Under the pieces are notes generated by a model, which did no database searches, had not been told where the DNA came from, and saw only the letters and a program-made list of their open reading frames with translations. A DNA stretch of 64,000 nt from an uncultured Acidobacteriota bacterium (lineage in GTDB: Bacteria; Acidobacteriota; Thermoanaerobaculia; Multivoradales; JAHEKO01), in assembly GCA_963713825.1 (NCBI GenBank), contig CAVQNG010000003.1:288001-352000 (forward strand), in the 5' to 3' direction. Positions 48,179-55,672 of the stretch are shown in pieces (position 1 is the first letter of the stretch; each line of letters opens with the position of its first letter). Made by a program: the position numbers and the translations under genes.

Positions 48179-49408
48179 TCACACCTGCGTAATGGCTCGT
48201 ACCGGATCGTATCGGGAGGCCCGCCAGGCTGGTGACAGGCTGGCGAAGAACCCGAGAACGATCACGATGACGTTCGCTAGAACTACATCTTCGAGATAGA
48301 GCGCCGGATAAAGGACGCTGGCGGCGCCGAACAACTCCATGCCTTCGCCGACGATCGAGACGTCGATACCGCTCTTCAGCGGCTCGATGGTGGCCCACGC
48401 CAGCAGGTTACCGATGGCGAGGCCGATAACAAGGAGAAGGGTGGACTCCGCGACGATCTGGGTCAGGATGCTGCGCGGCGTCATGCCGAGAGCGAGCATC
48501 AGGCCGATCTCCCGCACCCTTTCGAAAACGGCCATGACCAGAGTGTTGACAAGCCCGAATGACAAGGCCAGGAAGATGACCACGATCCAGACGATCACGA
48601 AGCCGTCCATCACGGCCAGCATCGACCCGAGGTAGGTGTCGATCTCGTTCCACGGCAGGACTTCGACCTCGGGTCCGGCGGCCTCCGCCACCATTCTGGT
48701 GAGACCCTCGACATCGCGGTAATCCGTGCCCAAGATCGCCACTTCGGAGACCGCATCACCAACACCCAGCAGTTTCTGGATCGTTCCCTGGCCGGCGAAG
48801 ACGAACCCTTCCTCGTACTGATCGAGCTTGGAGTCGAAGACGCCGACGATGCGGAATCCACGATCGGCGATCTCGTTCTCCGGGTCCTGGGTCATGATCG
48901 CGACACGCTTGCCGAGATCAGTCTCCATCTTCTCCACCAACTTGCGGCCCACGACCAGGCCCGCGTCGTCGCGCGATTCCAGAAAGCGCCCATCAGTCAT
49001 GTCGTCGGCGACGAAGCTGACCGCGCGCTCCTGGTCGGGATCGATCCCGACCAGCGTGACGCCGCGGGTGTCCTGCTCCGAAGAGATCACCGCCGGCACT
49101 CGCACCCGCGTCGACCAGGCGACGATCTCGGGGCGACCCAGGACCTCCAACAGCTCGCCGCTCGGGGGTGCGATCACGTTCGAGATCGTGGGGTCATCGC
49201 GGAAGGACGGATGGTGGATCTGAACGTGACCGGGGAGCACGCTGATCCCGTCCTTCACCATGTCGTCCACCATGCCGCGCATCAGTGCCGTCATGAAAAT
49301 CATCGCCCAGGTGCCGACGACGATGGCTGCCAGCATGATCAGGGTGCGGCGGTGGTTGCGCCACAGATTTCGCCAGGCGAGACGAAGAACGATCTTCATG
49401 CCGCCCAT
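48179..49408 (-). CDS. ABC transporter permease (MacB/FtsX/LolE-like)
   Basis: LAWRNLWRNHRRT, GHVQI, NTLVMAVFERVREIG, PAWRASRYDPVRAI. Confidence 0.92.
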   Translation of the reverse strand: MGGMKIVLRLAWRNLWRNHRRTLIMLAAIVVGTWAMIFMTALMRGMVDDMVKDGISVLPGHVQIHHPSFRDDPTISNVIAPPSGELLEVLGRPEIVAWSTRVRVPAVISSEQDTRGVTLVGIDPDQERAVSFVADDMTDGRFLESRDDAGLVVGRKLVEKMETDLGKRVAIMTQDPENEIADRGFRIVGVFDSKLDQYEEGFVFAGQGTIQKLLGVGDAVSEVAILGTDYRDVEGLTRMVAEAAGPEVEVLPWNEIDTYLGSMLAVMDGFVIVWIVVIFLALSFGLVNTLVMAVFERVREIGLMLALGMTPRSILTQIVAESTLLLVIGLAIGNLLAWATIEPLKSGIDVSIVGEGMELFGAASVLYPALYLEDVVLANVIVIVLGFFASLSPAWRASRYDPVRAITQV

Positions 49409-50637
49409 TACGCCGCCCTCATTGCCGCCACCGGCTCCAGCCAGTGAAGTCTGACAGCCGGGTAGAGCGAGGCGACGATACTCGCCCCGAGCACGATCAA
49501 CGGCCCCATCAACAGCCCGATGATCGAGACCGTCGGGTAGATCCGCCCCGGAAGATTGAATTTGCCGCCCATCTCTTCGAGCCCCGGATAGGTGAAGCCG
49601 TGGAAGTGCAGCCACACGACCAGCGCCCCTCCGAGAAGGACCCCCAGGACCATGCCGACAATGCCCATCAGGGTTGTCTCCAGCAGCACCAGGCGGCCCA
49701 GCCGACCCGGCGTCACCCCCAGCGACATCACGATGCCGAACTCCTTGGTGCGCTCTAGAACGGACATCAGCTGCGTGTTGAGCACGCTGAAGGCCACGAG
49801 AATGATCAGGATGCCGTACATGAACCAGGCGCTGACGAAGTCGGCCTGGATCGCCTGCTTGAGCCCGGGCAGCAGCGCGTCCCAATCGTGGACCACCAGA
49901 TCCTCGCCGGCGGGCAGCAGGGCCTCGACTTGGGCCTTCGTGGCCCCGACCTGAAGCAACCCGGGCGCCATGATCACTACAGCATGGCCGGCGTCTTCCA
50001 TGGCAAAGGCGTCCTGGAAAAACCCGAGAGGAACCTCGGCGAAACCGCGATCCATGTCGGGCATGCCGCTCTCGAAGATGCCGACCACGGTGACGACGGC
50101 GGCGGCGAAGGAGCCGTCGCGTCCACTACCGATGAAAGTCAACTCGTCGCCGACTCCGACTCGGAGATTTCGCGCCAGAACGCTGCCGATGACGATCTCT
50201 TCCGCCATCGTGTCACTCAGGAAGGCGCCCTCCTGGATCAAGCCAGGAAGACTCGATACCCGGCTCTCATGATTCGGCTCGACACCTGTTATCTGCGCTC
50301 CATAGCTGCGATCGCCGCTCGAGATTAGGCCGAATGCCGCGGCCCGAACCGCGATGTCCTCGGTACCCAGCCCCTGCCGAAACCTGTCTGCGAGCGCTTG
50401 GATATTCGGAACGACCTGACGAATCTTGTGATCGTCCTTGTAACCAGGTGCCTGCACCTGGAGGTGACCCGTCTGTGCCCTGAGCGTGTTGCTGATCATC
50501 ATCTCGTACATCCCGAGCTGCAACGAGATCATGAAGACCAGCAAGATGTTGGAGAACACCATGGCGCCCACCGTCAGCCAGGTGCGGCGCTTGCGCCTCC
50601 AGAGGTTTCGCCAGGCGAGGCGAAAGGTGATGCTCAT
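49408..50637 (-). CDS. ABC transporter permease (MacB/FtsX/LolE-like)
   Basis: LAWRNLWRRKRRT, GHLQV, NTQLMSVLERTKEFG, YPAVR...EPVAAMR. Confidence 0.92.
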   Translation of the reverse strand: MSITFRLAWRNLWRRKRRTWLTVGAMVFSNILLVFMISLQLGMYEMMISNTLRAQTGHLQVQAPGYKDDHKIRQVVPNIQALADRFRQGLGTEDIAVRAAAFGLISSGDRSYGAQITGVEPNHESRVSSLPGLIQEGAFLSDTMAEEIVIGSVLARNLRVGVGDELTFIGSGRDGSFAAAVVTVVGIFESGMPDMDRGFAEVPLGFFQDAFAMEDAGHAVVIMAPGLLQVGATKAQVEALLPAGEDLVVHDWDALLPGLKQAIQADFVSAWFMYGILIILVAFSVLNTQLMSVLERTKEFGIVMSLGVTPGRLGRLVLLETTLMGIVGMVLGVLLGGALVVWLHFHGFTYPGLEEMGGKFNLPGRIYPTVSIIGLLMGPLIVLGASIVASLYPAVRLHWLEPVAAMRAA

Positions 50638-50640
50638 CGG

Positions 50641-51405
50641 CTATTCCCGAGGGTTTTGCAGGTTCGACCGGGTGAATACGTTGTCGGAGATCTCGGCGCC
50701 GAACTCGACTGCGTCGATTCGGAACTCGGTCCACTCGTCTGGTGTGTCCACCTTCCCCATGCGCTGGCGAGTCGCGATCGTCCGCCCACCCATCTCACCT
50801 ATTTCGAGACTCTCCAGGACTTTCACCAGGTCGCCCTCCTGGTCGTAGTACTCCTGCGATACGAGAACGTCGTCGTCTCGAATGCGCAACACCTCCTTGC
50901 CCCACACCACCGCAGCCTCCTCGTGGGGCACCGACTCGATCACGAACATCGTGTGGCCCTCGTGCTCCTCCTTGTCCAGCAGGGTGTGATCGTACTGGTC
51001 GACGATGTCGTCGGCCCGCGACACATCCTTGTTCGAAAAATCGGAGCCCATCCAGCTCTGCCCCATCATCGAGGAAGGAACCTTGATCACCCGATTGACC
51101 TTGGGTGAGTAGGACCACATGTTGTTGTCCACCATCAATGTGCCGTTGCCGGCATCCTTCTTGGGCGCTGTCACCCGGACGAGCGATTTCTTGGGACCGC
51201 TGGTCCACGATTTCATCGACATCGTCCGCTCCCACGAGGGTCGATGAATGGTCATGGACATCTCGCCCTGTGAGGACTCGCCGCGCCAGTTGTCGATGGC
51301 AGCACGAACGATCTCGGCGGCGTCCTGCGCGAACGCTATCGATGTGAAGGCCTGAGCAGCCACCAGCGCTGAAACGAGGAATGCTCTTCGGGGCGCTACA
51401 GTCAT
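50641..51405 (-). CDS. LolA-like periplasmic protein (outer-membrane lipoprotein-sorting family)
   Basis: Signal peptide; MWSYSPKVNRVIKV, WMGSDFSNKD, GDLVK, VFTRSNL. Confidence 0.85.
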   Translation of the reverse strand: MTVAPRRAFLVSALVAAQAFTSIAFAQDAAEIVRAAIDNWRGESSQGEMSMTIHRPSWERTMSMKSWTSGPKKSLVRVTAPKKDAGNGTLMVDNNMWSYSPKVNRVIKVPSSMMGQSWMGSDFSNKDVSRADDIVDQYDHTLLDKEEHEGHTMFVIESVPHEEAAVVWGKEVLRIRDDDVLVSQEYYDQEGDLVKVLESLEIGEMGGRTIATRQRMGKVDTPDEWTEFRIDAVEFGAEISDNVFTRSNLQNPRE

Positions 51406-51476
51406 CTCCAATGGCTCCGTGAACAGTCGCGCTGGGTTCGGCGCAACCGTGGAAACGAATATAGCGCAGATTGTCT

Positions 51477-52625
51477 CTAGCTTCCGCCCAGCGCGCACTC
51501 GTTCTTGCCGACTTCCAGTTCGTCCGCTTCATCGTCGCTGACCGGCAGGAGGCCGACATTGACGGCCTTGATCTTTCGATAGGCGTCGGGGAAGGAGGCC
51601 TTCTTGGCGAGCACCCAATCGATGAAGGCCTGTCGATCCGTCTCTTGTAGGGAGCTGTTGGTTTGGCGCAGCTCACTCAACGGCGCACCGATCGAGCGAT
51701 CTGATTGCCGCTCCTCATCCGAACCGTAGTGGGCGGGGTAGATCCGCAGGCTCGGGGACCACTCATGACGGGTCAACTCGAGACTCTCCCAGAGCTTGAG
51801 TGTCCACTCTTCTTCCTTGCCAGCGAGGTCCGGGCGACCGACCGAGGCGATGAAGATGAAGTCGCCGGTGAAAGCGGCTTGGTCGTCTACAAGGTAGGTG
51901 ACACTGCCATCCGTATGTCCCGGCGTGTGAGCAACCTTCAGACTGGAGCGGCCGAAGGTGATCTCCTGCCCGTGCTCGAGGGGCTTGAACGCGATCGTGC
52001 CAGGCCTGCCATCGTACGGATAGAAGGCGTCATCGGGATGCAGGTAGTAAGGAACCTGTAGCTCTCTGGCCAGGTCGGGAGCACCACTGATGTAGTCGGC
52101 GTGAACGTGGGTATCGGCGACGCCGACGATGCGACTGTCACTCGCCCGAGCCGCGGCCATATAGGAAGAGGCGCCCCTGGGAGGATCGATGACGACCGCC
52201 TCACCCTCGCTCACCAGGAGATACCCGAGGGATCCCTTGCCAATGCGGTCGAACTGAACCAGGCGATCGAGAGACGCGGTCGGCGGCAGCTCGCGCTCCA
52301 GAGTCAGCATCATCCAACGGCCCATGCCGCCGGTCAGCGATCGCGCCTGAGCTCCAAGGCGATTGAGATGCGAGGCTAGAACGCGGCTGTCGTTCCCTTG
52401 GCCGCAAACGACTACGATGGGGACTTGTGGGTCGATCCCACTGCCTTCGAGCCTGTCGAGCTTCGCCAACCGGGAGCCGACAATGTTGTGAAACGAGCCT
52501 TCGGGTACCAGGTCGATCCTGCCACTCTCGAGCCGAAAGGCCGCCCGTACGTCGACCACTTGCATGGGCTCGCCGGCCTCCACCGTGCGCGCCAAGTCGG
52601 CGGCCGATATCTCCCCTGTCTGCAA
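51477..52625 (-). CDS. Rhodanese plus metallo-beta-lactamase-fold protein (persulfide dioxygenase-like)
   Basis: VVDVR...VVCGQGNDS...SLTGGMGRW; DTHVHADYISG, HTPGHT, FTGDFIF, VGRPDL, YPAH. Confidence 0.85.
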   Translation of the reverse strand: MQTGEISAADLARTVEAGEPMQVVDVRAAFRLESGRIDLVPEGSFHNIVGSRLAKLDRLEGSGIDPQVPIVVVCGQGNDSRVLASHLNRLGAQARSLTGGMGRWMMLTLERELPPTASLDRLVQFDRIGKGSLGYLLVSEGEAVVIDPPRGASSYMAAARASDSRIVGVADTHVHADYISGAPDLARELQVPYYLHPDDAFYPYDGRPGTIAFKPLEHGQEITFGRSSLKVAHTPGHTDGSVTYLVDDQAAFTGDFIFIASVGRPDLAGKEEEWTLKLWESLELTRHEWSPSLRIYPAHYGSDEERQSDRSIGAPLSELRQTNSSLQETDRQAFIDWVLAKKASFPDAYRKIKAVNVGLLPVSDDEADELEVGKNECALGGS

Positions 52626-52651
52626 CCGCTTGCCTCCCTCGCAGCCTCGCC

Positions 52652-54010
52652 CTACTGTGTGGTGCTCGTCCAGCCCGTAGTGTCGCCGGACTCGAAGCCG
52701 TCAGAGAAAACGACCTCGCCTCCAGTCGTGTACCGCTGGCCCTGGACGCTCCAGTTCGTGGTGTCGGTGCTGTTCGAGCCGTAGCTCATCCAGGCCACGA
52801 CGAACTCCCCGGGCGCACTGCGCGCTACGGAGGGACCGAACTGATTTCCCGTGGTGTAGGTGTTGACCTGGAACTCGCCGCCGGCTGGCACCCCGGCAGC
52901 ATCGTATGCCTGTCCCTGGATACTGTAGGCACTGTCGTCGCTACCGCTCGAGCCGTAGCTCATCCAGGTCACGACGAAATCCCCAGCTGCATCGGCGCTG
53001 ACTGAGGCGGCGAACTGGGAGTTCGTCGTGTAGGTGTTGACCTGGAACTCACCACCCGTCGGAGCCCCTGCCGCATCGAAACGCTGTGCCTGAATACTGG
53101 AGGTGCTATTGTCGCTGCCGCCCGAGCCATAGCTCATCCAGGCCACGACGAACTCCCCAGCAGCATTGACGCCAACCGATGCATTGAGCTGGCGGTTCGT
53201 CGTGTAGGTGTTGACTTGGAACTCGTCCCCCACCGGGGCCCCAGCCGCGTTGAAACGCTGCCCCTGAACGCTGAGGTCGCTCATGTCGGTGCCGAATGAG
53301 CCATCACTCTCCCAGACCACGACGAAGTCGCCACTTGCGTCGACGCCTACCGCGGGGACGGTCTGCATGCCCGTCGTATAGGTATTGACTTGAAACTCGC
53401 CACCCAGGGGTGCTCCGGCCGAATTGAAGGCTTGGCCCTGGATGCTCCCAGAGCTCGTATCCGTACCGTCCGAGCCAAAGCTGCGCCAGACCACGATGAA
53501 GTCCCCATCTGGAGCCGTCGCCACCGCCGGAGCCACCTGGAGGTTTGAGGTGTAGGTGTTGATCTCGAACTGCCCGCCAACCGAAGAGCCAGCAGCGTTG
53601 AAGCGCTGCCCCTGGATGCTCGAGCTCGAAGTGTCCAAACCCGCGGAGCCGGCACTGATCCAAACCACGATGAACGAGCCGTCATCGCGGACAGCTACCC
53701 GGCTGCCGGATTGGGAGTCCGTGGTGTAGGTGTTGACCTGGAACTCGCTACCCATCGGTGTTCCATCCGCAGCGAAGCGCTGCCCCTGGACGCTCTGGCC
53801 CGAGGTGTCGGTGCCACCCGATCCGAAGCTGTCCCAAACCACCACGAAGCGGCCGTCCGGAGCCGCACCTACCGACGGAAACCACTGTTGGTCGGTTGTG
53901 TAGGTGTTGACCTGGAACTGGTCACCCACGGGCACCGGCGCCTGCCCCCAAGCTACGGTTCCGAGCATCAGCAAAGACAAGACGAGTGTCACGGCAATTC
54001 TCATCAGCAC
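52652..54010 (-). CDS. Secreted 7 x 58-aa repeat protein (probable beta-propeller) with FSDGFESGD tail
   Basis: Signal peptide; seven repeats FQVNTYTT..Q..P.V....G.FVV.W.S.GS.G.D.S..S.QGQ.F...G; tail VVFSDGFESGDTTGWTSTTQ. Confidence 0.85.
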   Translation of the reverse strand: MLMRIAVTLVLSLLMLGTVAWGQAPVPVGDQFQVNTYTTDQQWFPSVGAAPDGRFVVVWDSFGSGGTDTSGQSVQGQRFAADGTPMGSEFQVNTYTTDSQSGSRVAVRDDGSFIVVWISAGSAGLDTSSSSIQGQRFNAAGSSVGGQFEINTYTSNLQVAPAVATAPDGDFIVVWRSFGSDGTDTSSGSIQGQAFNSAGAPLGGEFQVNTYTTGMQTVPAVGVDASGDFVVVWESDGSFGTDMSDLSVQGQRFNAAGAPVGDEFQVNTYTTNRQLNASVGVNAAGEFVVAWMSYGSGGSDNSTSSIQAQRFDAAGAPTGGEFQVNTYTTNSQFAASVSADAAGDFVVTWMSYGSSGSDDSAYSIQGQAYDAAGVPAGGEFQVNTYTTGNQFGPSVARSAPGEFVVAWMSYGSNSTDTTNWSVQGQRYTTGGEVVFSDGFESGDTTGWTSTTQ

Positions 54011-54065
54011 GCTCCTTTAAGAAAACTCTCCTGCCTCCACTGGGGTGACTCCCATAAAGACCCAC

Positions 54066-55379
54066 CTATTGCACAGAGCTCGACCAGCCCGTAGTGTCGC
54101 CAGACTCGAAGCCATCGAAAAAGACGACCTCGGCTCCTGCTGAGTAGCGCTGACCATGGACGCTTCTGGAGCTCGTGTCGGTAGGCGACGCAAAGCTATC
54201 CCACACCACAACGAAGTTGCCTTGGCCAGTCATCCGCACGACTGGGTTCGATTGGTCGGCTGGGGTGTAGGTGTTGACCTGAAATTCGCCCCCTACGGGG
54301 GTGCCACTGGTGTCGAAATATTGAGCCTGAACGCTATCGCCGTCCAAGTCAGTGCCGAGGGAGCCATCACTCTTCCAGGCGATGATGAAGTTCCCTTGAG
54401 AGTCCATCGCCACCGTAGACTTTTCCTGCCAATCCGTCGTGTATGTGTTGACTTGAAACTGTCCCCCCACCGGGTTGCCGTTGGCATCGTATCGCTGCGC
54501 CTCGATACTGGTTCTACTCGTATCGGTTCCACCCCCCTCTTCCGTTTGCCAGGCAACAACGAAGTTCCCCACAGAGTTCGCCGCAACCGCAGGGTTATCC
54601 CCATACCCCGTGGTCTGAATCTCGAACTCCCCACCCACAGCGGCGCCGCTGACATCGTAGATCTGTCCCTGAATGTTCTCCAGATTACTCTGCCACACGA
54701 CGATAAAGTTCCCCTGGCCGTCTGCGGCGACTGCGGCACTCTCCTGCCGGCTCGTCGTGAAGGTGTTGACCTGGAACTCACCTCCAACGGGATCACCGTC
54801 GGTGTCGTAGAGCTGCCCCTGGATGCTGTTGTAGTCGTCGTCCGTGCCGTCCGAGCCATAGCTCTCCCAAATAACTACGAAGTTGCCTAGCGAATCCATG
54901 GCTACCGCTGGATCCGTCTGCTCGTCCGTCGTGAAGGTGTTGACCTGGAACTCACCACCGACGGGGTTGCCATCGGAGTCGAAGCGTTGAGCCTGAATGC
55001 TCTCCTCGCTCTTATCTGTGCCGGCCGAGCCGTTGCTCGCCCAGACAACGACGAAATTTCCCTGACCATCCATGGCAACGTCGGCTGCAGTCTGAGCAGC
55101 CGTGGTGTAGGTGTTGACTTGCAGCTGGCCCCCCTGCGGAGTGCCGCTGGCGTTGTAGCGCTGGGCTTGAACGCTGTGCGTGCTCGAGTCGTCACCGAAC
55201 GAACCGGTGCTCTGCCAGACCGCGACGAAATTACCGAGGGGGTCGATCGACACCGAGGGGACACCCTGATTGCTCGTCGTAAAGGTATTGATCTGGAACT
55301 GGTCACCCACAGGCGCAGGCGCCTGGGCGTGCAGTCCTGCCGAGATCAAGAGTGGAACCGCCAGTAGTGAGTACTTCAT
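54066..55379 (-). CDS. Paralogous secreted 7-repeat protein with FFDGFESGD tail
   Basis: Signal peptide MKYSLLAVPLLISAGLHA-Q; seven repeats (4th-5th shortened); tail VVFFDGFESGDTTGWSSSVQ; RBS GGAGG. Confidence 0.85.
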   Translation of the reverse strand: MKYSLLAVPLLISAGLHAQAPAPVGDQFQINTFTTSNQGVPSVSIDPLGNFVAVWQSTGSFGDDSSTHSVQAQRYNASGTPQGGQLQVNTYTTAAQTAADVAMDGQGNFVVVWASNGSAGTDKSEESIQAQRFDSDGNPVGGEFQVNTFTTDEQTDPAVAMDSLGNFVVIWESYGSDGTDDDYNSIQGQLYDTDGDPVGGEFQVNTFTTSRQESAAVAADGQGNFIVVWQSNLENIQGQIYDVSGAAVGGEFEIQTTGYGDNPAVAANSVGNFVVAWQTEEGGGTDTSRTSIEAQRYDANGNPVGGQFQVNTYTTDWQEKSTVAMDSQGNFIIAWKSDGSLGTDLDGDSVQAQYFDTSGTPVGGEFQVNTYTPADQSNPVVRMTGQGNFVVVWDSFASPTDTSSRSVHGQRYSAGAEVVFFDGFESGDTTGWSSSVQ

Positions 55380-55610
55380 TCCTGTACCTCCAACGACACG
55401 TTTACAGGCCCGGGGCATTACTCCCCCCTGATCTGAGGGCCTCTCATCCAATTCACAACGAAAAGGTGCGGGCATCCTATCAGGAGAATACGTATTCCCG
55501 GCCAATCACCGCCATTGGTCGATCACCGTTCGCTGAGCTTTTTGGCGTGTCTGGCGCCAACAGACCGTAGAGACGGTCCGGGGGCGGCTACCAGCGGCAG
55601 AGTGCTGTCC

Positions 55611-55637
55611 GGCGGGTGGGGACAAGCCCGCCCCTAC
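55611..55637 (-). repeat. GTAG-type REP-like palindromic element (single copy in window)
   Basis: Minus strand reads GTAGGGGCGGGCTTGTCCCCACCCGCC: a GTAG tetranucleotide followed by a GC-rich hairpin (GGCGGG/CCCGCC). Confidence 0.5.
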
Positions 55638-55666
55638 TTGACGCAGCAACTCTGTGGCCATAGGTT
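55638..55666 (+). promoter_or_regulatory. Sigma70-like promoter, probably leaderless
   Basis: TTGACG-17 nt-TAGGTT, then 6 nt to GTG 55673; no Shine-Dalgarno sequence. Confidence 0.55.
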
Positions 55667-55672
55667 GAGACC

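Noticed and set aside
52715-55310. Regularly spaced GTGTAGGTGTTGACCTGGAACTC repeats as a CRISPR array
   Set aside because: The 174-bp period is in frame, the intervening sequences are homologous coding DNA, and no cas genes are present
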